Origin: Nitrospirales bacterium | GTDB lineage: Bacteria; Nitrospirota; Nitrospiria; Nitrospirales; UBA8639 | Length of the DNA stretch: 64,000 bases | NCBI GenBank assembly: GCA_965203295.1 | Contig: CBDBCZ010000019.1 | Location: 416,001-480,000 of the forward strand | Direction of reading: 5' to 3' | In this document: piece by piece, positions 1-8,796 of the stretch | Position numbering within the stretch: the stretch's first letter is position 1 | How the letters are laid out: the number at the start of each line of letters is the position of its first letter | The notes under the pieces: model-generated | What the model saw: the letters and a program-made list of their open reading frames with translations, nothing else | Told to the model about the DNA's origin: nothing | The model's database searches: none | Position numbers and translations under genes: made by a program

Positions 1-117
1 TCGTCAATCACTATGACCGGTTTTTAATTTAGAGCTGACGTCAACCGAAAAACACTATCTCGTTGAATACATGAAATCTCTGTAGAAGGAAAAGTAAGAT
101 AATCTTCCTCTATCTTC

Positions 118-144
118 CTCACGGCAGCTTCGTGCTGCCGTGAG
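118..144 (-). terminator. GC-rich hairpin downstream of the GYD gene
   Basis: CTCACGGCAGC-ttcgt-GCTGCCGTGAG, perfect 11-bp stem about 55 bp past the stop; weak U tail. Confidence 0.5.
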
Positions 145-197
145 GCAATAAATTCACCTTTTAGGTGGACGTTGGGGCTACAAAGAAAAGCACCTCC

Positions 198-494
198 CTA
201 ATTACTCATTTTTCCCAGAACTCCTCCAATCTCCTCTTCCGTAAAAGCGCGAAGAGTTTCTGTACGGACATTGCCCAGAGCACACCCGGCCATCATAACG
301 GCCTCAGCTGTGGCATCATCTGGGGCTTCAAAAATAATGACCCCGTCATACTGGCCCATGGTCCAGTAGATGTTTTTCACCGCCCCGCCAGCCTTTTTGA
401 TTGAAGCTTTAAACTTCGCTGCTTGCTGGGCCGTGTCTTCCACATTGCGAATACCTTGCTCCGTCCATCCAAACAGGCAAATAAACGTCGACAT
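198..494 (-). CDS. GYD domain-containing protein
   Basis: 98 aa, WTEQGIRNV...YWTMGQYDGVIIFEAPDD...GNVRTETLRAF; GGAGG RBS before ATG at 494. Confidence 0.85.
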   Translation of the reverse strand: MSTFICLFGWTEQGIRNVEDTAQQAAKFKASIKKAGGAVKNIYWTMGQYDGVIIFEAPDDATAEAVMMAGCALGNVRTETLRAFTEEEIGGVLGKMSN

Positions 495-857
495 AACCCA
501 CCTCCTTATTTTTATTAGAGGTTGAGTGTCCACACAAAACTTCTTCCCGTTCTGCCTTGGAACTCATATTAGGTTATGCTCATAAATCCAGCCTTGCAAT
601 AAGGAGATGGGAAATACCTTGGCCCAGTCAAACTTCTAAAGCAGTTTGAACGTGATTATCGATACAGCCACCTGGCTCAGTTCACAGCCGCTTGATAAAT
701 CGGGAAGATTACATATACCCCTCAATATCCCTTTGAGTTAAACTGTGAGGCATCACTATGGAGTGAACCGAACAAGTTGGGAAACAGTGAGTAAAGCTCC
801 CTACCTTTCCGGGTGGGGCATTCTGGCAGGTTTCGTAAAGAACGGAGATCGAAAACC

Positions 858-2224
858 ATGTTACAGCACACGAACCCTTCATCTCGAGGCGGAAGAACGA
901 AATTCGTCTGGATGATACGCTACAAGAGCGCAAACGAGATCGGCGTCTTATCAGATCTCGTGTCAGCCATCGCGAAACAAGGAGGCAGTATTGGCGACGT
1001 CAAAACGCTGAAGCTTGGAGAATTTTACATTTGGCGAGACGTCACGATTATTGCCGATGATCGAGAACACTTTGCGCATATCCTCAAAGCCGTGAGGGCA
1101 CTGAAGAAGACTAAAGTTGAGCAAGTCATCGATGAAGTGCTCGAACGGCACCAAGGCGGGAAAATCAGGCTCGAACTGAACCATCCGATCGAGACCCTCA
1201 ATGATATGCTGGCCGTCTACACACCAGGTGTCGCCGAAGTCTGTCATCTCATTCATAAGGATCCAAAAGAGGCTTACAATTACACGTGGATTCACCGGAC
1301 CATCGCGCTCATTACAAACGGGAGCCGCACGCTAGGCTTGGGGAATATTGGCCCATTGGCAGCCATGCCAGTCATGGAAGGCAAGGCTGCTCTGTTCAGA
1401 AAATTCACTGGATATAATATGGTCCCGATCCCAATTCATGCCACAGACCCGCAGACATTCATCGACACCGTCCTGCAGATCTCACCTGGATTTGGTGCGA
1501 TCCATTTGGAGGATATTTCAGCCCCGGAATGCTTTGAAATCGAAACCGAGCTCGTGAAACATCTGAATATACCAGTCATGCACGATGACCAGCATGGGAC
1601 AGCAGTGGTCTGTTTGGCCGCAGTTATCAATGCCTGCCGTATGGTCAACGGGATCTGAAGAAGGTAAAGATTGGTCAAATCGGACTTGGGGCAGCCGGCA
1701 GCGCCATTGCGCGGCTGATCATGGCCTATACCAAGCGCAAGGTGTGGTGCTGTGACAAAAACCCAGCTGCTGTCGCGCGTCTCGAGGCGTTCAGTCGTAA
1801 TAGCGCAACCTTGGATGATGTGACGAAGCACTGCGACGTCCTCATTTCAACCACAGGCGTCAAGGAACTGATCACTCCCTCCATGCTGAAAAAGCGACAA
1901 ATCATCCTTGCGCTGACCAACCCGATCCCAGAAATCACGGAAGAACAAGCGCTGAATGCTGGGGCCGCCTTCTACTCCGACGGACGACAAGTCAACAATC
2001 TGCTGGTCTATCCCGGTATTTTCAAAGGAGCACTGGACACGCAAGCCACGAAGATCAACGACGCCATGCTTTTCGCCGCGGTACAAGCCATCGTGGATGC
2101 CAAACCCCAAGGCGAAATTATTCCTAGTCCACTAGACCCCAAGGTTCACAGAGAAGTCACACGAGCGGTGGCCAAAGCGGCAATAAAGAGCGGGGTGGCG
2201 CAAAAGCTATTTGACGAAGAATAG
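858..2224 (+). pseudogene. ACT-domain NAD(P)-dependent malic enzyme, frameshifted near 1650
   Basis: YTPGVA, LGLGNIGPLAAMPVMEGKA, HLEDISAPECF, HDDQHGTA; the Rossmann GLGAAG motif and C-terminus continue in another frame. Confidence 0.88.
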
Positions 2225-2309
2225 TTCGATTTCGAGGAAAAGAAGTAGGGATAAGATAGCGACTCACAACTCTTAAGAGTGGTCAAGCTCAAAGTTGTTG
2301 GCGAGCATC

Positions 2310-2548
2310 CGTTTTTATTTGAGCGGGGTTTCGGCCCCGCACGACGAGGTCCTTTTGCCGAAACAAAAAGACCTCAAACCATTCCCGCCCGCGCATGGCC
2401 CTACAGGTTTCCTTCGTCCCAGCCCCGAATCATATGGCTGCGGAACTCGCTCCGCTCAAACAGTCCTCGCCGAGTTATCAGATTCGGCGCTGGGACTCAG
2501 CCACGCGCAAGGCGGAACACACAGATTCAAAACTGGGGACAAATTTTC
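2310..2548 (+). repeat. ~235-bp structured intergenic repeat, copy 1
   Basis: Aligns closely with the reverse complement of 26375-26613 and 63855-64000. Confidence 0.9.
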
Positions 2549-2570
2549 ATAAACCGCATATAATTTTTCA

Positions 2571-2604
2571 CCGTCATGCCCGCGGTCGTAAGCGGGCATC
2601 CAGG
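2571..2604 (+). repeat. CGTC-tagged REP-like palindrome
   Basis: CCGTCATGCCCGC-ggtcgtaa-GCGGGCATCCAG; related units at 2616-2650, 26279-26355 and 60972-61005. Confidence 0.7.
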
Positions 2605-2690
2605 AGTTTTGAATCCGTCGTTCCTGGAATTGTTAAGCGGGAACCCATCCGTGTCACCACGGTGAGTCAGTGGTTTAACGCAAATCTTGG

Positions 2691-2716
2691 AAATGTGTGA
2701 TTACAAGATCTGACCC
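2691..2716 (-). repeat. GGGTCAG-type motif, inverted copy of the 5104/6814 repeat head
   Basis: Reverse complement GGGTCAGATCTTGTAATCACACATTT versus GGGTCAGGTCTTGTATTAACACATTG at 5104. Confidence 0.75.
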
Positions 2717-2752
2717 AGACGTGACTCAAGACGCGATGAGAAATAATCACCT

Positions 2753-3615
2753 ATGACGACTCAAGAAGCACGTGAACATCACTTTGTACCACAGTTTCTA
2801 CTACGCCCGTAGCGTATCAACGGCAAACTGTATGGCTATTGGTGGGATCCTTTACGTGACATACTTGCTTGCAGAATAAGGGGGCCAAGAAGTTTCTGCC
2901 GTGAGTTAGATCTACTGACATTACACGAGCACGATTTGGGAAGGGATGCTATTGAAAAGTTGTTTTTCGGGGATGTAGACACCAAAGGAGCTAAGGTGCG
3001 CAATCGGTTGTTGAGGTCCGGTCCGTCTGGATTATTTGGCGACCAACGATGTGACTTCGCGCATCTCCTGCTTTCTCTTGAAGCACGCCGGCCCGTCAAC
3101 GTCAAGAAGATTCGAAAAGAAGGATCGCGATTTCTCGCAGATGGTCTAGAAAGTAATCCCGAAATTCTTGCAGCTATGGCAGAGAAAGGACTGACTGAAA
3201 CCCCCTCTTTGTACTACCAGCAGATAACGGGAACATTAATTGAAGATAGAGCGATAGCCATAATCCAGAGCCTCGTTGACAACCCTAAGGTTGGTGGAAA
3301 GTTAATCAATGCACACTGGGATGTTATTCGCCTTGGGCCTTGGGACGGTTCTTTTGTGCTTTCAGAACGTCTTCTTATTAGGATTAATGGCGCTATCATC
3401 ACAGAGCTGTTTGGGTGCTGCCACTAAGTCCGAATGCATCATTCATAGCTTGTAATGATGCGGATGACTTGCGAGCATTTCGAAGCCTAACACCCCGCCG
3501 ACTCGCCAGGAGAACCAATGTTCATAGTGCTGCTCAGGCTGAGCGATTTATCTTTTGCGCTGACCGAAACCACGAAGATTGGATAGGTAAGTACCTCCGC
3601 CCACACGCTGACTAA
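2753..3615 (+). pseudogene. DUF4238-family protein, nonsense codon at 2810 and frameshift near 3400
   Basis: MTTQEAREHHFVPQFLLRP* carries the HH(Y/F)VPQF.L signature and is in frame with ORF 2936-3427; tail LPLSP...N..SAAQAERFIF lies in another frame. Confidence 0.75.
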
Positions 3616-3661
3616 GGGCCTGCAACAACACCCTGCCCTCTTGGCTACTTTCCCCTAACTT

Positions 3662-3688
3662 GGTGTCAACAAAACCCGGGCCACCTCA
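3662..3688 (-). mobile_element. Orphan IS3-family-like terminal inverted repeat
   Basis: Reverse complement TGAGGTGGCCCGGGTTTTGTTGACACC resembles IS3-family ends (TGA...GACAC); no transposase adjacent. Confidence 0.4.
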
Positions 3689-3704
3689 GATCATGCAGCT
3701 TCAA

Positions 3705-4148
3705 TCAATCGTGTTGTATCTTGAGATCGTTTGGATAAGGCATGCCGTTCCCTGTTTCTAAGAACAACTTCAAACTTACCAGAAACATCGGCCACTTCGT
3801 CCAGAAATACTGAACTGCATCTTTGGGCATGGTGGGTGCTGTGCTATGAGTGAGGGTGACGAAGACCTGGCTTCCAGCATCATCGAAGTCGAATGGCAGT
3901 TCCGAACCCCTCCATGGTTCAGGACCCAAGACGAATTTCATCCGAACCCGTTCACCAGCCGAGAGTTCTACGATTTCCCACACATGATCAGGATAGCCTG
4001 GAAAAGAAAGCTCGATTTGTGTCCCGAGTTCCCCTGAACCTGAAGCGGATGCTGCTCACCAACCTGTTAGCTGACTCGGCCGATAGACGGCTTCGTAAAC
4101 GGATTGCAGGGTAGCCTTGATCCCAACCCGATGCCGTATCTCATTCAT
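3705..4148 (-). pseudogene. SRPBCC/AHSA1-like protein with internal TGA at 4056-4058
   Basis: MNEIRHRVGIKA..VYEA....LTGW* continues in frame to TKWPMFLVSLKLFLETGNGMPYP. Confidence 0.8.
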
Positions 4149-4320
4149 CCAGGACCTGCCGACAGTTGAGAAGATTTAAAGATTATCTCTACCGTGAGCG
4201 ACCGGGGCAAGGTAGCACGTTGCCTTTTTCATTCAAAGAAAGAACCCACCGACTCTGATATCTAGAGCTAAGCTCGATCTCCTTCCATATCCATACGCGG
4301 GAATAGTCTTTAGAAGGAAT

Positions 4321-4341
4321 TCGAGTCTGACCCCAATTCTC
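4321..4341 (-). repeat. Left arm of a 21-bp perfect inverted repeat (partner 5187-5207)
   Basis: TCGAGTCTGACCCCAATTCTC is the exact reverse complement of GAGAATTGGGGTCAGACTCGA. Confidence 0.9.
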
Positions 4342-4474
4342 AATTCTTTGTCTAAATCAGTCGTAGTCACTGTTCATCTCTCCGAGCAATAAGAACCAAT
4401 CCCTGTACTTTTTGGGAAGGCTTGAGTAGCATGCCCAAGTCGTTCATTAGAAAAATCAAAATATTAATTACCCA

Positions 4475-5093
4475 GTGAAAAATTTGGAGATTTCCCACAT
4501 CAGTGATCTACATCAGGCTGTAAAGGCTCTTCATTTGGAATGGAAAACAGTAGATTTCTGGTGGCGTGGCATTTCAAATACAATGTATAGCCTAGTGCCA
4601 GGGGCAAGACGAAATTCCTGCACACGCGTACACGAAGAGGACTTAGCTCATAGATTCATTCACGGTGCAGGATAGTCGAGACGTAGATGGAGTGCTTTGG
4701 GCACTAAACCCATGGATACTGAATAAAATGCAAGTCAATAAAAGGGTTATCATGGATGTGAAAAAAGGATTAATTCTTACTCAATCTCCCTTTAGAGAAC
4801 AAAAGAGCAAACAACCAGATACAGATATTGACAAGGTGCTTGCCATAAATACACAGCAAAGAGATATTCGAATGTTAGTGCAGCAATCTGTCTTCACCAT
4901 GCATGGATCAAATAAAGCCCTGGAGGAATACGAAGGCGCACAACATTTCCTTAGAAAATTTACGATACCAGCAAATTCAAAACTTGACTTTTGGGTATCG
5001 CTTCAACAATTGGGTATTAAAGAATCTTATTTATTCCCAGACCTTGAACATTTAGCTATCGAACTCAATCGGATTCACTCTCCGAATACATGA
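4475..5093 (+). pseudogene. FRG-domain protein with internal deletion/frameshift
   Basis: N-terminal WWRG....YSLVPG and C-terminal RMLVQQSVFTMHG...LGIKESYLFPDLE are present; the central QH.G.PTRLLDW motif is missing at the ~4670 junction; low GC. Confidence 0.8.
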
Positions 5094-5103
5094 CTAGAAG
5101 TGG

Positions 5104-5157
5104 GGGTCAGGTCTTGTATTAACACATTGATTAGGTATGTCGATTCCAGCCGCCGTT
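5104..5157 (+). repeat. 54-bp GGGTCAG-headed repeat, copy A
   Basis: Colinear with 6814-6867 (GGGTCAGGTCTTGTATT...GATTCCAGCCGCCGTT). Confidence 0.9.
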
Positions 5158-5186
5158 GAAGCTCAATTTTTCCAAAGTGGGTCAGA

Positions 5187-5207
5187 GAGAATTGGGGTCA
5201 GACTCGA
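5187..5207 (+). repeat. Right arm of the 21-bp inverted repeat
   Basis: GAGAATTGGGGTCAGACTCGA. Confidence 0.9.
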
Positions 5208-5439
5208 TTTGTTGGTATGCTTTTGTCGGATTTTGTTTAAGAGTGACAGCCATTTTCATATGTGATCCTAAATTTTTCTACGCCAATGACGAACACGGTA
5301 TCGGAAGATGTAAGCGTTGTGTGCCATCACCAATTGTCACGACACCCAACATCACTAGCCAATTGTACAGCAATGCCGTTTTCTCCTAGTAAGTAGACTC
5401 GCTTGACGACCTTCGTAAAGAGGGCATAGGATTATAACT

Positions 5440-5559
5440 CTGATACGAGTCAGTCGAGGTGTATATGGGGTGACTGGCTTAAAAAGTAAGTTGTCTGGAT
5501 TCAGGACTGCTCTATCAAGCCCTTTGGGTGGGAACGTGCCAGAAGGGCTTTTTTGTTTT
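5440..5559 (+). ncRNA. Candidate sRNA or attenuator leader
   Basis: TTGACG (5403)-N18-TAGGAT upstream; long closing stem; ends in terminator AAGCCCTT...AAGGGCTT-TTTT. Confidence 0.4.
5517..5559 (+). terminator. Intrinsic terminator
   Basis: AAGCCCTT stem pairs with AAGGGCTT, followed by TTTTGTTTT. Confidence 0.75.
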
Positions 5560-5634
5560 CAACACGAGGTGAAAGGAGCAACTTGGCCTAACCGCAGGTT
5601 CAGGCGGGAATTCGGTTAGCAGCCTACCTTTAGA

Positions 5635-5715
5635 GGAGCTACCTCAGTCCAAGGTGGGACTACACGCTCAACGATGTCATGGGGGCATCATTGTCTCATT
5701 CCTGGTGAAATACTC
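5635..5715 (+). pseudogene. C-terminal remnant of a DUF3365/Tll0287-like protein
   Basis: WDYTLNDVMG(G)IIVSFLVK with a frameshift; similar to DFQLNDIMGGIVITIPL at 39180. Confidence 0.45.
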
Positions 5716-5853
5716 AGAGGCTAGTGCAGGCATTGAGCTGGAAATGAAACGTAATCCTCTCAAGCAGGCGAGTAAGGTGGGCGGAAGCGGAATCTGAATA
5801 GTCTCCTAAGGGGACTTCCTGAGAGGGGGCTTACAAACACAAAGGGGGTCAAC

Positions 5854-6726
5854 ATGTTCACAACACTGGGATTCTGGGGATACCTGGGAATTGTGGTCGC
5901 CCTCGCCGTGATGGTCTGGGTCTTATACCTCTGCCTGGGTTTCCTGTCCCCCAAAAAAAGAACTAGGGAGACAAAGGGCTGTGTGATGGTCGTCGAAGAT
6001 GAGTCAGACGTCAGAGAAAATATACGCGGGCAGCTCGAGGGAGCTGGATACGACGTGATTGAGGTCGAAGACGGAGAGAAAGCTATCGAGGCCATGGGTT
6101 CGGGTGAGAATTCCTTTGAGGTCGACGTCATTATCACGGATATGTCCAAGAAAAAAGGCCTGGAGGCAGTCACCTATTTCAAGAAGAATTTCCCGAGTAT
6201 CCCCCTCATTGGCCTGACCGGGGTACCGCATTTCGAGATGGGGAATACCCGACCAACAAGAATTGCCATCCTAGGAGGCGGCAAAGGTGGAAGCGCGCTA
6301 CTCAGTCTATTCAGCCATTTGCCCGGCATTGAGATTGTCGGGATCACCGACAAAGATCCAAACGCACCAGCACTGAAACGTGCCAATGAGCTGCGCATCC
6401 CAGTTATTCACGATGCGATAAGCCTGATTGGCTCGGAAGACAGGGATCTGATCGTGGACGTGACCGGCGACCCTCATATGCAGCAGCTCATTGCTGAGCA
6501 TAAGGGCCCGGGGGCGGAAGTATTGGGAGGCGCAACCGCCAGACTCCTTTGGAATATGGTTCAGCACGAGGCGGAGATGGAGACCCATTTACTTCAGAAC
6601 GAGTCATTGGCCAGCCTGGTGTCGCACGGGACGCTCGTGAACTATTTGGTTAAACCACTTCAGGATGAGAACCTCCTAGCGTCAGTCACCAATGCGATGG
6701 AGCAGCGGGAAAACCATCGGTTATAA
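5854..6726 (+). CDS. Membrane-anchored response regulator: receiver domain with an inserted Rossmann-like domain
   Basis: N-terminal TM; VMVVEDE, VIITD, LIGLTG; insert IAILGGGKGG..; receiver end YLVKP at the C-terminus. Confidence 0.8.
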   Translation: MFTTLGFWGYLGIVVALAVMVWVLYLCLGFLSPKKRTRETKGCVMVVEDESDVRENIRGQLEGAGYDVIEVEDGEKAIEAMGSGENSFEVDVIITDMSKKKGLEAVTYFKKNFPSIPLIGLTGVPHFEMGNTRPTRIAILGGGKGGSALLSLFSHLPGIEIVGITDKDPNAPALKRANELRIPVIHDAISLIGSEDRDLIVDVTGDPHMQQLIAEHKGPGAEVLGGATARLLWNMVQHEAEMETHLLQNESLASLVSHGTLVNYLVKPLQDENLLASVTNAMEQRENHRL

Positions 6727-6813
6727 GATGCTCAAGTCAGTACATTATTCCTGCAAAGCAATAGAAGCCTCACGCCTGTGGGTGTGAGGCGCTTCGGTTT
6801 GCAAGTGGATATA

Positions 6814-6867
6814 GGGTCAGGTCTTGTATTGACGCATTCTTTAGAGATGTGGATTCCAGCCGCCGTT
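6814..6867 (+). repeat. 54-bp GGGTCAG-headed repeat, copy B
   Basis: Colinear with 5104-5157. Confidence 0.9.
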
Positions 6868-6960
6868 CGAGATTCTCTTTTGCTGCCGTGAGTCAGCAGT
6901 TCACCTGCGCAGCCCAGCAAAAAATATTTCTGTCATTTTTTAAATCCCTTTGTTAGTAGC

Positions 6961-7150
6961 TTACACCTCTGCGTTCAAATACTTTTTCCGTTCTCGTTCA
7001 GGAAATCTCTCGATCGCATAGCGTAGCATGGTGCGAGGCATGTTGTTGTAATGGGCTCTCAAAAAATCTCTCTCTACGCCTATATCGCGTTTTCCGATTT
7101 CTCGGAGCATCCACCCGACTGCTTTATGGATCAAATCCTCTGTCGGATCT
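6961..7150 (-). pseudogene. C-terminal remnant of an AlkD-like DNA alkylation repair protein
   Basis: [18 protein letters not shown]...[16 protein letters not shown]-terminal two thirds absent. Confidence 0.8.
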
Positions 7151-7287
7151 TGTCTGAGGGTGACACCAAATGGTGTCTGACCAGAATTTTCCTGAACAGA
7201 CCCTTGGCTTGCGATGATCCATGGAATTCGTAAGATGGGAAACGTGGCTGACTTTTCGGTGAGCCTGTAATTAGATGGCACGAAGGA

Positions 7288-8010
7288 TTGGCCATGAAAA
7301 TTTCATTAGCTCACATATTGCTTGCTACGGAACTGGGCTTTCTGTTCATGCTTGCGTGGTGGTGCGGCAACCGATCTCGGGCACAAGGGAGCATGGGGGC
7401 AGTCTATGTATTCTTCCTCTGGGTGACGGCCTACGCCATTCTCTCAAGCATTCTCGGGGCCCGCGGCGTCTATATTTCTGAGGACATGCTGAAGACGTTG
7501 CCAGGATTCTGGCTTCAGGTGGTGACAGTCGGAGCTCTCGTCATTCCAGTCGTGTTGTTTGAGAGCGTCCGGAATGGCATGCGTCAAATTGTCGATAGCA
7601 CGCCGTGGCACTGGTTTGGGTATTTTCACGGCCTGCGGATCGCGGCAGTCGGTACGGCCTATAAGACCATGATTGGGCAGTTTCCTGCTTATTTCGAGTA
7701 TGTGGTTGGCGTGCCCGACCTGTTATTCGGAGTCTCGGCCTTCTGGATTGCTCGGAAGGCACAATGTGGAAAACTTAGCAGAAAAAGTTTTTTGGTTTGG
7801 AATCTAGTTGGTGTGCTGGTGATTGTGCCCGCAGCTCCCATCTTGCTCCAGCTTGGTCTCCCAGGGCCGGTCCAAGTGTTCACAAGCTTGCCGGATGCCA
7901 GAGCGGTTTTTACCTATCCTATGTCCATCGCCTCAATGATCGGCGTTCCGCTGTTCGTTCTCGTGAACCTGTGGGTGGCATGGGGATTATGGGAGAAGGG
8001 TAAGGAGTAG
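7288..8010 (+). CDS. Integral membrane hypothetical protein
   Basis: 240-aa ORF with about 7 hydrophobic segments and an AAGGA RBS. Confidence 0.75.
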   Translation: MAMKISLAHILLATELGFLFMLAWWCGNRSRAQGSMGAVYVFFLWVTAYAILSSILGARGVYISEDMLKTLPGFWLQVVTVGALVIPVVLFESVRNGMRQIVDSTPWHWFGYFHGLRIAAVGTAYKTMIGQFPAYFEYVVGVPDLLFGVSAFWIARKAQCGKLSRKSFLVWNLVGVLVIVPAAPILLQLGLPGPVQVFTSLPDARAVFTYPMSIASMIGVPLFVLVNLWVAWGLWEKGKE

Positions 8011-8178
8011 GGAAAAATCAAGAAACCGTCCCATTCGCATTTTGCGTCATACCTCGGATAATAGATGAGAAAATGGGATTCGTAATTGAGACGACCGGGC
8101 ATCGAAGTTTGCATGGGAAGGTTAAGCCCTCCGTCATGTGCCGCTGCTCCCTATCGATGTCTTTAAGAGGATTGCCCC

Positions 8179-8340
8179 ATGTTCGATGACGAAGATGAGA
8201 ATCTGAAGGAGACCTTTCGGCAAAGTTTTATGCAGTAAATGGAAGGCTTGCGTGAGGGGGAGCGCATGAATTGGTGGTTGCGAGCGCTCCTTTGGACGAT
8301 GGTCATTATGATCGTCACGGTACTGGTCCTAGCGAGATGA
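8179..8340 (+). pseudogene. Possible small membrane protein with an in-frame TAA
   Basis: MFDDEDENLKETFRQSFMQ*MEGLREGERMNWWLRALLWTMVIMIVTVLVLAR; GAGG RBS. Confidence 0.3.
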
Positions 8341-8597
8341 AGATGGAAAGATCGTATCGGAATTCGTGTCGGTGCTTGACTTTACATCAGCAGAAACGTA
8401 GCTGAAGTATGAAGTCGCGTTTAAATCTTGCCAGTTGTGCAAAGTCAAGAAATGCCCCTATTCTGCCTAGCCGTGCTTAAAGTATCAGTGATATTTCGAG
8501 GATTTCCTCAAATGCCTATAGCCTATAGTAATGTAGATCAATATCCACGATTTCCCATTCGATACAACTCGTCGTAGGCACTAGGCCTTTTAGTCAA

Positions 8598-8626
8598 TTG
8601 ACATACAGGGGTTTCTCCTGTAGGTT
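8598..8626 (+). promoter_or_regulatory. Sigma70-type promoter for rhlE
   Basis: TTGACA-N17-TAGGTT; TACAGG/CCTGTA inverted repeat in the spacer. Confidence 0.6.
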
Positions 8627-8796
8627 GATGTACGTTACTGTTGAAACGGTCCGGCGACTGTGACGCTAGCAATACTCCGGGCCCCGCGATCGTATCGCGA
8701 CCAGATCCTGCTCGGAGTGGACTCCATCCTGATTCTGCTTCCCTCGGTTTTCTGACCCCGTGTCAATACGATCTCATTAAGGTAAGGAATACTTCT

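Noticed and set aside
2279..2700. ORFs 2279-2563, 2295-2552, 2395-2700 and their look-alikes at 26298-26623
   Set aside because: They are translations of the non-coding 235-bp repeat; starts and stops are not conserved between copies.
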